Shown piece after piece: positions 9,537 to 18,817 of a stretch of 53,148 bases of DNA. Origin of the DNA: Daejeonella sp. GTDB taxonomy: Bacteria; Bacteroidota; Bacteroidia; Sphingobacteriales; Sphingobacteriaceae. Position 1 is the stretch's first letter. Each line of letters begins with the position of its first letter. The translations under genes were made by a program, and so were the position numbers. The notes under the pieces are model-generated. The model worked only from the letters and a program-made list of their open reading frames with translations, made no database searches and was not told the DNA's origin. Location of the stretch: the NCBI GenBank assembly GCA_049660965.1, contig JBASZP010000348.1, positions 1 to 53,148 of the forward strand, written 5' to 3'.

Positions 9537-10358
9537 ATGGAAAAATTTTACAATGAAACATTAGAAAAACTCGAAACGGACATCAAAGAATTGGAAATGG
9601 AAGCGGATAGCTCCATACAACAGGTTGAAACCGTAATCAGGCTTATCATCAAATGCCTGGCTAACGTAAAAGAGTATGTATTGAATAAAGGATTTAAGAA
9701 TACAGATGAAGAAATCCGTTTTTTCAAGTATCAGAAACCTGTAATGGTATCAAAACTGATTTATTATAATGCCATATATAAAATTGAAACGAAAAAGCCT
9801 TACGGGGCAAAACCTATAAGAAATTACCTTAACAATGAGCTGAAAAAACTTAAAAGGTTCTTTGACAACAACCTCGAATTTTATAAATACTATCGAACCA
9901 ACAATTCTTTTATTGACGATAAGCTGTTTTTAAGAAACAAATACGATATAAAGCTAAGTCTGGACACGTTCTATTTTGAAGCAGACCCGAACTTTTCCAC
10001 CTCTCACGATTACAAGGCAGCTAAAATTATCGCCAATGACCTGATACAAGTCTATCTCGAAGACCAGCTTCATAAAACGGTTTATAAAGAAAAATCCACC
10101 AACCTGCCAAAGCTAAACTGGGCGGGAAGCAAGACTGCATTAACCGAACTGATATACGCCCTTCACGCTCAAGGCGCATTCGATAATGCCGATATTAAAA
10201 TCATTGCCAAAACTTTTGAAAGCATCTTTAATATTGACTTGGGAGATTTCTATCATACCTTTATGGAACTTAAAAACCGAAAGGTAAACCGAACGAAATT
10301 CCTTGACAGTCTGCGTGATGCACTGATAAAACGGATGGACGAGCAGGAAGAAGATTAA
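9537..10358 (+). CDS. rteC: RteC-domain regulator
   Basis: EEIRFFK..KP, W.GSKTALTELIYAL and RTKFLD motifs; ATG at 9537 avoids overlap with eamA. Confidence 0.88.
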   Translation: MEKFYNETLEKLETDIKELEMEADSSIQQVETVIRLIIKCLANVKEYVLNKGFKNTDEEIRFFKYQKPVMVSKLIYYNAIYKIETKKPYGAKPIRNYLNNELKKLKRFFDNNLEFYKYYRTNNSFIDDKLFLRNKYDIKLSLDTFYFEADPNFSTSHDYKAAKIIANDLIQVYLEDQLHKTVYKEKSTNLPKLNWAGSKTALTELIYALHAQGAFDNADIKIIAKTFESIFNIDLGDFYHTFMELKNRKVNRTKFLDSLRDALIKRMDEQEED

Positions 10359-10373
10359 CAATCGAAATTTGAT

Positions 10374-10412
10374 AAAAGAAACGGGGACTTGCAGATCCCC
10401 GTTTTCTTTTTT
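10374..10412. terminator. Bidirectional intrinsic terminator
   Basis: AAACGGGGA-loop-TCCCCGTTT flanked by A/T tracts between convergent genes. Confidence 0.85.
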
Positions 10413-10428
10413 AATACCCCATTTGTAC

Positions 10429-13400
10429 TTACAGTACGCCTCGTGGCAAATGAACGCCTTTCGTTCTGATAATACTTTCTGAAACCTTTTGATTTTCCTG
10501 CTTTTTTTCGGCTTGTTCCGCTGGTTCTTCCGACTGTTTTACAGGTTCTATCGAAAGCTGTATCTTTCTTTCCACGGCTGCCAGTTCTGTTTTAAGCTCA
10601 CTCAATCGGCTTTCCTTAGACCACATACCATTAACCAATTCCTGAAGGACGGGCATATCTTTCTGAAACTCGGCAATATTCTCCTGTTCCTTTTTGATAT
10701 AGGCAGGCAGTTTTTCCAATGCCCTCAAAAAATTCATTGATGCAGTTTCGGGGTCTTTAGCCATAATGCCGTTATTGAACGTGTATTTGATGTTTCCCTC
10801 GCCTTGCACAAAAAATCGGTTTAACCGAATATCCACGCCCTCTTTTTTAGATACTTCGGTCTTTACCAATAGCTGAAAACCATACAAGCTGCCGATTTCT
10901 TCATAATCGCCTCCGGTACGTGCCTTATCCGCAAGTTGGTTGAGTTTTGCACCTGTCTGTTTTATATCAGCATTCGGCGATAAGCCGTCCAGCATAAGGG
11001 CATTTACAACCGTACCGTCCTGTCGCTTTTGTATCCGCTGTTCTAAGTTTCCCCAATCGAGGCTCATACGGTCAAAGCGTGATTGGGCTTTGTCCAATTC
11101 TGCCGTATAATCTTCAAGTTTGTGCTTAGCACTATATTTAGAACGGTTGAAAGTCTGTTTTTCGCTTTCCAGTCCGGCAATCTGTTTTTCTATTTTGACT
11201 TTATCCAGCAGGTCGGTATTTCCCGAAAGGATAGCCACATATTCTGCTAAATTCGTTCCCGAATTTTCATCCATTGCACCTTCGTCAATGGTTCGTTTAG
11301 CTAATTTATTGCTTTTAAGCTGACTGATGAAAAGTTGCTTGTTATTTAAAATGTTGAACTTATAGCTGTCCAGCGATTTTTCTACTGCGTAAATAAAAAT
11401 ATCAACTTTATTGCCTGCAAAATGCTTGGCAATCTCATTTCCTGTGCGGATTGCTCTGCCATCCCTTTGTTCAAGGTCGCTTGGTCGCCAGGGAATATCC
11501 AGATGATGAAGTGCAACGGCTCTTTTCTGTCCGTTTACCCCTGTTCCTAACTTTTCCGTGGAACCCATAATGACCCTTATTTTACCTGCATTTATATCCC
11601 TTATAAATTCTTTGCGTTGCTTTTCGGTTTTGGCTTCCTGTATAAAACGGATTTCGTTTGCAGAGATGCCGTGGTCTTCCACGAGTTTACGTTTAAGCTC
11701 CGAGTACACGTTCCATTCATCAGGCTTATATGTACCCAAATCCGAGAAGACAAATTGCGTTCCTTTCTGTGCATTGAATTTGTTGTAATATTTGGCAATA
11801 ACAGCCGAAGTATGTGAAGCCTTGTTGTCAGGATGGTCTTCATAAGCACCGCTTATCATCCGCATATCCAAAGACATTTTCCGGGCATAGTCCGTAGCGA
11901 TAAGCATCTTCGCTTTTTCTTCGCTTGGACTTAATGGCGGTCTTCCCAACAAGGTAGCATCGCCCAATTTGGCAAACGCCATCAGTTTTTGGATAAATTC
12001 TGCTTGGTCGGGAGTTGGCGGGATATTGTATAGTATTTCGTTCTTTTCAGGACGGTCAATACCTATATCCTTTGCCGTTCGGTAATCCGTAATTTCAGAA
12101 TAGAACTGTGCCAGCTCCGGTACTTTGATAAAGTAGCGGAAACGCTCTTTTGCCACGATATTATTGGCTACCGAAAATTCATAATCGGTAGTCTTACGGG
12201 CGTAAATAGCCGCCCACGCATCAAAACAGTTAATGCCCTGTTTCTCCAATGCCCTTGGTCGCAGGTATTTAAACAACAGGTACAGTTCCGTCAATGAATT
12301 GCTAATGGTTGTTCCTGAAAGGAATGTTGCCCCCATATCTGCATCAGTCCGTTCCTGAATGGTACGGATAGCAAAAAGCAGGTTCAGTGCCTTTTGGCTT
12401 CCGTCCATATTGCCCAATCCGGCGACCCTTGAATGCCGTGTGTTGAACATCAGGTTTTTGAACTTATGGCTTTCATCTACAAACAGATGGTCAATTCCCA
12501 TCATTTTGAAATCCACCACATCATCTTTTCTATTTTCAATATCGTGTTGCAGGGTTTTCAGCTTAACTTCGAGATTTGCCTTCCGCTTGATAGCTCCGGC
12601 AAGCATACCCCTCGTTACTTCAGCACCTTGTTCCTGCATCGCATCGAGGTTTCGCTCCACATTATCCAATTCGATTTCGAGGATTTCCTTTTGAATTTCG
12701 GGCGATTGTGGTATCATACCGAATTGGTCGTGTGTCAATATCACACAGTCCCAATCGTTGTTTTTAATATCTCCAAAAATCCGTAGCCGTTTTTTGGGTG
12801 TAAAGTCTTCTTTTCCCGGATACAGTATTTTTGCGTGGGGATAGGCTTTGCGATAGGTTTCTGCAATTTCGTGAACATTAGCTTTTAATCCCATAATAAC
12901 GGGCTTGTGAACCAACCCCAACCGTTTCATTTCGTGTGCTGCGGTACACATTATAAGGGTTTTACCTGCACCTACTTCGTGGTCGCAGATTGCACCGTTG
13001 TTGAGCTTAATCATCCATACAGCATCCTTTTGGCTCGAATAAAGGTCTTCGATACCCAATGCCTTACGGTCTAAGCCCGGAAATTCCTGATGGCTCCCGT
13101 CATAATTCGGGCGGACAAAACAATTAAATGTATCATTGTATTGGTCGGTCAGGCGGATTTTAAACTCATCATTCTGGGCGTGGAGCCAGTCGGTAAAGGC
13201 AGTTCGGATTTCGTCAATCTTGGTGTTTGCCATTTGTATGGCTTCCATATCCCTTACCTTTACTTCCTTGTCATCTACCGTAATTTTCTTGGTAATATCA
13301 GGGGTGGTATTGACAAGGGCGTGCCTCAGCAGGTTAATACCGTCGAACGTCCTGCTTTGGGCTTTCACTGCAAATTTTTCCGATATATGCACATTCTTCT

Positions 13401-15852
13401 GCCCACAGGTTATAGAAAAGTCATCGGAGCTTTCGGAATAGTAAACACGCACATCCGTATCAAACAGATGCGAAGCAAACCGGGCATAAACGCCAGTAGG
13501 TATCCATCGTTCGCCGAGATTAAAATCAAGTTCCTCAAATTCAATCCTTGTTGGTCGGGCTTCCTCTAATGCAGTAAGGCTTTCTTTGGCTTCCGTATCG
13601 TCTGGACCATTTTCGAGGTAAGCTCTTACGTTTTCAGCTTTTTCAACCACGTTACCTGCAACCCAGCGTTCCGCTATCTCATATTCCTCTTCCAACGGAT
13701 TAAAGAAAATTTTGCCGTGTAAGGCTTCTTTCAGCGCATCGGCAGGCATACTGCTGATTTCAGACATATAATCCATATCCACGCTTCCGTATTTGTTCAG
13801 GGAAGAGGCTAATGCTTCTTGTGGGTTGTCAGTAGCTAATGTTGTTGTAGAAAAACTGACCGGACGACTGAATATATCCGATTTGTGTACCACGCTGCCA
13901 ACCACACGCTCTAAATAGGGCATTTCTTTTCCGGCACTATCTGTTTTAATGAGCTTGATATTATCGGCACTATTCAGATTGCCGTATCTTTTGATAAAGG
14001 CATCGTACAATCGGTTAAGATTTTCCCTTTCTTCTTTATGTTCGGTTTGGTGCTGTGCTTCTTTGGTGTAAAGCTGTTGGTAAACATCACGCACCTGTAT
14101 ATATGCTTCGGCTCTTGCTTTTTGCGTAGGAGGTAATTGCAAAGGGTGGAATACAGCCGTACCGTCAGATGTATCTACATCTTGCAGATAACCCACCCAA
14201 CCATTATCCACCACAAGGCAATCGTTTCGATGGAACGATTGGAGTTCGTTACTAAACGGCGCAGGTTCGGGAATGGCAGCAGGGACGGCTACGGGAATGG
14301 CTGGCTTATCAGCTTGGCCATTCCCGTTTTGTTGCGAAAACAAATCGCCGATTGTTTCCTGTTGTTTGCCGTTAAGTGTTTTATTGCCATTTGAAACAGG
14401 AAGCGTGTGAGGTTGCTGCATTGCAGAACTGAACAGGTCGGGCTGGCGACCAATAGGCATTCTTGTTCTTCGGGTAGCCTGCTTTTTGGTTGGTGTCGCC
14501 CTCTTTGGCGGAATAAGAACGGCTACGGGTTCATCCGCATTTTCAAACAGGTCGAAAATGCTTAACTGTTTTAATTCCTGTGAACTTTCTTGTACTAAGG
14601 TGCGTTTAAAAACCTGTGGTTCGGGCTGGATGATTTCACGCTCAACAACAGGGGGCGGAATTTCTTGCGTTGGAATTTGTATCAGAGGTTCATCGTTTTG
14701 TTCGCCTCTGTATAAAGACAAATTGAGATGCCTGCCAAAATCATCGGAAAGCATTTGCTTGAGGTCATTGGCAATTCCGGCAACGCTGTCTTTGTGTATA
14801 TAAATCAAAGCAGGCTGACCGTATGGGTCAGTGTCTAATTTCCAATCAGTATGTACAATTCTTGTACTATCCTGGAACAAAGCATTGTTGGGTGTATCCT
14901 GTTCGGTTCGGTTACTTGTGCAAAACAATTCTTCCGCTTCGCTCAGACCTTGCTTTGCCGTGTTCTTTTGCAGGATAATCAAATCACTTCCCACTTCTGT
15001 ACCTGCATAATCTGTGAAAAGATTATTAGGTAAGCGGATAGCCGATACCAAATTGTTATTCTCCATTAAAGCCCTGCGTATCGGCTCATTTTTTGGGCTG
15101 TTTAAAATGCCTTGTGAAGTAATGAAAACCTGCAAACCGCCCTCACGGAGCATATCATTTCCTTTCAGAAAGAAATAATTATGGATGCTTCGGGCTGCCT
15201 GTTCCTTTACAGGGTTACGGCTTCGGGAATAAGAAAGGTCGAAAACCGAAGTATCGCCAAAAGGAATATTACTGGCAATGACATCATAACTGTTTTGCTC
15301 CTTTTCGGGAATTTCCTCAAAACCGCTTATGCGGATATTGCTTTGCGGATAGAGCTGTTTTAAAATCTTACCTGTGAGCAAATCCTTTTCGTAAGCAGTT
15401 ACACTTGCCTGTTGGTTTTCTGAAAAGGATTGTATGAACGAGCCGATACCTGCGGACGGTTCGAGGAATTTATCAATCTTCAGACCGCTATCACGTAATG
15501 CGGAAGAAATAACATCTATAACCTGCGGCGGTGTATAGAATGCCGTGAGGACGGAACTGCGCATACTGTCCACATACCGTTTGTATTGCTTTTCGTCTGT
15601 GGCATTTTCTTTTAAGACCTGATGCAGTTCCTGCGTAATCGGGAAAAGGTCGTGTTCTGTCTTTCTCCAATTGTTAATGTCTATTTCATTCTCAACGGGG
15701 TTCAGAACGAATTTAAGACCGCCAAATCCGCTGTATCGCATCATTAGCAGTCTTTCGCCTACGGTGGCTTGTCGGTTCTCCTTTTCCAGTTTAAAAGCAA
15801 TTCGCAAGGCATCAATATTCTCTTGGAGATGTTGTTTCTTACTGAAGCCCAT
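10429..15852 (-). CDS. N6-adenine DNA methylase / SNF2 helicase fusion (DarB-like, ICE backbone)
   Basis: LEPSAGIG and NIPF methylase motifs; [15 protein letters not shown] and QRDGRAIR helicase motifs. Confidence 0.92.
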   Translation of the reverse strand: MGFSKKQHLQENIDALRIAFKLEKENRQATVGERLLMMRYSGFGGLKFVLNPVENEIDINNWRKTEHDLFPITQELHQVLKENATDEKQYKRYVDSMRSSVLTAFYTPPQVIDVISSALRDSGLKIDKFLEPSAGIGSFIQSFSENQQASVTAYEKDLLTGKILKQLYPQSNIRISGFEEIPEKEQNSYDVIASNIPFGDTSVFDLSYSRSRNPVKEQAARSIHNYFFLKGNDMLREGGLQVFITSQGILNSPKNEPIRRALMENNNLVSAIRLPNNLFTDYAGTEVGSDLIILQKNTAKQGLSEAEELFCTSNRTEQDTPNNALFQDSTRIVHTDWKLDTDPYGQPALIYIHKDSVAGIANDLKQMLSDDFGRHLNLSLYRGEQNDEPLIQIPTQEIPPPVVEREIIQPEPQVFKRTLVQESSQELKQLSIFDLFENADEPVAVLIPPKRATPTKKQATRRTRMPIGRQPDLFSSAMQQPHTLPVSNGNKTLNGKQQETIGDLFSQQNGNGQADKPAIPVAVPAAIPEPAPFSNELQSFHRNDCLVVDNGWVGYLQDVDTSDGTAVFHPLQLPPTQKARAEAYIQVRDVYQQLYTKEAQHQTEHKEERENLNRLYDAFIKRYGNLNSADNIKLIKTDSAGKEMPYLERVVGSVVHKSDIFSRPVSFSTTTLATDNPQEALASSLNKYGSVDMDYMSEISSMPADALKEALHGKIFFNPLEEEYEIAERWVAGNVVEKAENVRAYLENGPDDTEAKESLTALEEARPTRIEFEELDFNLGERWIPTGVYARFASHLFDTDVRVYYSESSDDFSITCGQKNVHISEKFAVKAQSRTFDGINLLRHALVNTTPDITKKITVDDKEVKVRDMEAIQMANTKIDEIRTAFTDWLHAQNDEFKIRLTDQYNDTFNCFVRPNYDGSHQEFPGLDRKALGIEDLYSSQKDAVWMIKLNNGAICDHEVGAGKTLIMCTAAHEMKRLGLVHKPVIMGLKANVHEIAETYRKAYPHAKILYPGKEDFTPKKRLRIFGDIKNNDWDCVILTHDQFGMIPQSPEIQKEILEIELDNVERNLDAMQEQGAEVTRGMLAGAIKRKANLEVKLKTLQHDIENRKDDVVDFKMMGIDHLFVDESHKFKNLMFNTRHSRVAGLGNMDGSQKALNLLFAIRTIQERTDADMGATFLSGTTISNSLTELYLLFKYLRPRALEKQGINCFDAWAAIYARKTTDYEFSVANNIVAKERFRYFIKVPELAQFYSEITDYRTAKDIGIDRPEKNEILYNIPPTPDQAEFIQKLMAFAKLGDATLLGRPPLSPSEEKAKMLIATDYARKMSLDMRMISGAYEDHPDNKASHTSAVIAKYYNKFNAQKGTQFVFSDLGTYKPDEWNVYSELKRKLVEDHGISANEIRFIQEAKTEKQRKEFIRDINAGKIRVIMGSTEKLGTGVNGQKRAVALHHLDIPWRPSDLEQRDGRAIRTGNEIAKHFAGNKVDIFIYAVEKSLDSYKFNILNNKQLFISQLKSNKLAKRTIDEGAMDENSGTNLAEYVAILSGNTDLLDKVKIEKQIAGLESEKQTFNRSKYSAKHKLEDYTAELDKAQSRFDRMSLDWGNLEQRIQKRQDGTVVNALMLDGLSPNADIKQTGAKLNQLADKARTGGDYEEIGSLYGFQLLVKTEVSKKEGVDIRLNRFFVQGEGNIKYTFNNGIMAKDPETASMNFLRALEKLPAYIKKEQENIAEFQKDMPVLQELVNGMWSKESRLSELKTELAAVERKIQLSIEPVKQSEEPAEQAEKKQENQKVSESIIRTKGVHLPRGVL

Positions 15853-16276
15853 TTTCGGCTATCCATATTGTGATGGTTCCCGTTATTTCGGTATAGAGCA
15901 GGTCAAACTCTATGGTATAAGCGAAATCATCAGTTAACTTGTATTTGGCAAAAACAGGTTCGCAAACACGGAACATTTTCAGGGCAAATGGTCGCAATTC
16001 TTCGTCTGCCATTAGGGTATCGAACTCATTGCAGACCACTTGAAAAATAGTATCGAACCTTGAAAAATGTAAGCCATCAAAGAGAATATAACTGGCTTTT
16101 TCGTTGCATTTTTCAATGTCATTTCCGGAACTAAAAGCACCCTCGTAAGCATTGGCAGCCCACGAAGAACGTTGGTCGATAAATTTGTGGTCGTTGGCTT
16201 TTTCGGGAAAGCTCGAATTAAGGTGTTCTTGCAGTCGTAATCTGAAATACGACAAGTCTTTTTGCTGTGTACTCAT
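15839..16276 (-). CDS. DUF1896 family protein
   Basis: [11 protein letters not shown] and GLHFS motifs; typical position directly upstream of the methylase. Confidence 0.85.
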   Translation of the reverse strand: MSTQQKDLSYFRLRLQEHLNSSFPEKANDHKFIDQRSSWAANAYEGAFSSGNDIEKCNEKASYILFDGLHFSRFDTIFQVVCNEFDTLMADEELRPFALKMFRVCEPVFAKYKLTDDFAYTIEFDLLYTEITGTITIWIAENGLQ

Positions 16277-16308
16277 ACTATAATTTTTTTAGAATTTTGC
16301 TTGAAGTC

Positions 16309-16378
16309 TAAAATTATAGCGGTAGATAAGTGCCTTTGAAGAAGTGGCAGGGTTTGGCTTTGCGTGGCGGGATTTGGC
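16309..16378 (-). promoter_or_regulatory. -7 element with 4x TGGC array at 10-bp period
   Basis: TGGC at 16345, 16355, 16365 and 16375; TAATTTTA (minus strand) at 16309-16316. Confidence 0.7.
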
Positions 16379-16509
16379 GCAATGAAATTAATCCCAAAGG
16401 ATTTAATTTGTATTTTTACAAAACTTCTTTTGATTAGAAGTAATACAAGAAATGCGTTGTGTATAATAGAATTTGGCTGTCATTGTAACAAACGACAACA
16501 CAGAAAGTG

Positions 16510-17244
16510 ATGGAATACAAAAAAATAAAGCCTTACAAGGAATTAGACCCTTTTATTCATTTCTATTGGGAACTAAAAGGGGGCAAACTCGAAAGACAAA
16601 GGGAACGGGTTTTTCCAGATGGCTGTGCTGGTATAATAATAAATTTGGGAAGTCCTTGTTTGACAGACAATGGCTCGGTTTCAATGGAATTTGGAGAAAC
16701 TTATGTAGTTGGTGCAATGACTTCATTCAAAGACAGCTTTATTGACAGCGAAACACACTTATTGGGCGTGTGCCTAAAACCTGCGACTTTTACTAATTTT
16801 TATAGTTATGCCTCACAAAATGAATTGGCTAACGATACTGTTGAATTTGAAAAATCCAAATCATTTAATGTAGATAAAATACTTGACAAACCATTTAACT
16901 ACCTTGATAGCTTCTTTTCCAGTAGAATAAAAAGCAAAAGCAACCAATTACAATCAGTTATTAATGATATACATTCAGCAAACGGACAAATTAGCATTCA
17001 CGAATTATCAAAACGAAATTTCACGACTGTAAGACAATTAGAGAGATATTTTAAAAAACTGATTGGAATATCCCCCAAAGAATACTGTAATATCATCCGC
17101 TTTCAATATGCTATGAGTTTAATTAAAAATCCCGATAAAAATCGAAGTTTATTAGAGGTTGCTTTTGAATGTGGCTATTATGACCATTCGCATCTTACCA
17201 ATGAAATCAAACGCAACACCGGGCTTTCGCCATCGCAACTTTAA
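16510..17244 (+). CDS. AraC family transcriptional regulator (DUF6597-type N-domain)
   Basis: VFPDGC, RQLER.F..GISPK and GYYDHSHL motifs. Confidence 0.92.
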   Translation: MEYKKIKPYKELDPFIHFYWELKGGKLERQRERVFPDGCAGIIINLGSPCLTDNGSVSMEFGETYVVGAMTSFKDSFIDSETHLLGVCLKPATFTNFYSYASQNELANDTVEFEKSKSFNVDKILDKPFNYLDSFFSSRIKSKSNQLQSVINDIHSANGQISIHELSKRNFTTVRQLERYFKKLIGISPKEYCNIIRFQYAMSLIKNPDKNRSLLEVAFECGYYDHSHLTNEIKRNTGLSPSQL

Positions 17245-17247
17245 TTT

Positions 17248-17293
17248 TGTCGCATTTTTCCAAAGTGCAGGTTATTCTCTGTAACTAATTTTG
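17248..17293 (+). promoter_or_regulatory. Putative AraC-activated promoter of the DHFR-like gene
   Basis: TGTCGCATTTTTCCAA directly after the araC stop; consensus TAATTTTG at 17286-17293. Confidence 0.5.
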
Positions 17294-17316
17294 TAAGAAC
17301 ATTAAAAATTAGAAAA

Positions 17317-17849
17317 ATGCGAAAATTATCACTTTTCATAGCAACAAGTTTAGACGGCTACATTGCAAAACCCAATGACGACCTTAGCTTTTTGAAATTA
17401 GTAGAAAAAGACGGCGAAGATTACGGCTACAAAGAATTTACAGAAACCATTGACACCATAATTATTGGAAGAAGAACTTACGATTATGTCCTTAAAGAAA
17501 TCGGTGCTTCTCATTACGATAATGGCAAAAGAAATGTGTATGTTATCACAAGAACTGAAAGACCAAATATCGGAAACACAACATTCTACACAGGGAGCTT
17601 AACAGAATTAGTGCAACAGCTAAAATCAAAAAGTGGTAAAAATATTATTGTGACGGTGGTGCAGATGTAATAAATGAACTATTGAAACACGAATTAATAG
17701 ATGAGTTTAACGTTTCGGTTATACCTGTTTTATTGGGTAATGGAACAAAGCTCTTTAAAGACGGAAGACCTGAACAAATTCTTGAATTTGTGAAAGCAAA
17801 GACATTTGAAACGGGCTTAGTTCAACTAAATTACAAACGGAAACAATAA
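17317..17849 (+). pseudogene. Dihydrofolate reductase / RibD C-terminal family protein, frameshifted
   Basis: ATSLDGYIA and GRRTY motifs. A 1-nt deletion near 17646 shifts NI(Y)CDGGA...IPVLLGNG into another frame ending at TAA 17849. Confidence 0.88.
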
Positions 17850-17910
17850 ATATAGAACCAGCTAACAAGAGTTTGATTTTGAAAGGCAGGTTTTTCCGCA
17901 ATGAGAGACA

Positions 17911-17937
17911 AAAAACCTCTGAAAATTCAGAGGTTTT
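17911..17937. terminator. Bidirectional intrinsic terminator
   Basis: AAAACCTCTGAA-AA-TTCAGAGGTTTT perfect inverted repeat between convergent genes. Confidence 0.85.
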
Positions 17938-18817
17938 AAAGGTTTTTCAGGATTTGAAGCATCCTGCCAACTTCAATATCCATTCGTGAAAAAGCAAACC
18001 ATTTTTTGCCCAGGTCTTTGAGCGATGCACCAATATGATATAGCTCTGCATCATCAATAATCATAAATCGGTCGTGGGCATCAGAAAAAGACTTAACCTC
18101 AATCGGTGCATACTGGCTGTTATATCGTTGTATATCGAGCCTTAGCTGATTGCTGATACTTTTGGTATAGATAGTTGCGGTTATGTTATCTCTGCGTTTT
18201 CCCAATAAGGTCAGTACCGTATCGTCCACGTAATTATCCAGCAGGATAATGGAGCTTTTAGCACTTCGTACAATATCCGATACAAAGGCGTAGGCATCGA
18301 AAACCTGACCGTTGTAAAAGATACCTTTTTCGCTGTGGAGTTTGTCGCTTTCCAATGCCTTAAAGATTTGCTCAATTTTTTGGTTGGATTGTAATTGCTT
18401 CAATTCGATGTTGTCCAAACGATGAAACAATGAGGCATTGCTGATAAGCATACGCCGCATTTCTACAAAAGCATCCATAATCTCAATACTGACTTTTACG
18501 GCAACATCCGAGCGAAGCACCGCAGACAACATCGCTATTCCCTGTTCGCAAAAAACGTAGGGCAAGTAACGTCTTCCGCCTCGCCCCACGTTTGAGGTTC
18601 CAATTTGGAACCTCAAAAAATCGCTTTCCTCATCGGTCAGTTGGAAGCAGAATTTTTCAGGAAACCTGTCTAAATTCCGTTTTACCGCTTTGTTCAGTAT
18701 TTTAGTTTCCACTTGGTACAATGTAGCGAGGTCGCTGTCCAGCATTACCTGTTTACCACGAATGGTATAAATCAGGTTCCTTATTTCTTTAGGTATGATA
18801 GTGGGCTTATTTTCCAT
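17936..18817 (-). CDS. ORF6N DNA-binding domain protein with PLD-like C-terminal domain
   Basis: IRGKQVMLDSDLA, AVKRN..RFP and EQGIAMLSAVL motifs; C-terminal HDRFMIID..IGAS. Confidence 0.85.
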   Translation of the reverse strand: MENKPTIIPKEIRNLIYTIRGKQVMLDSDLATLYQVETKILNKAVKRNLDRFPEKFCFQLTDEESDFLRFQIGTSNVGRGGRRYLPYVFCEQGIAMLSAVLRSDVAVKVSIEIMDAFVEMRRMLISNASLFHRLDNIELKQLQSNQKIEQIFKALESDKLHSEKGIFYNGQVFDAYAFVSDIVRSAKSSIILLDNYVDDTVLTLLGKRRDNITATIYTKSISNQLRLDIQRYNSQYAPIEVKSFSDAHDRFMIIDDAELYHIGASLKDLGKKWFAFSRMDIEVGRMLQILKNL

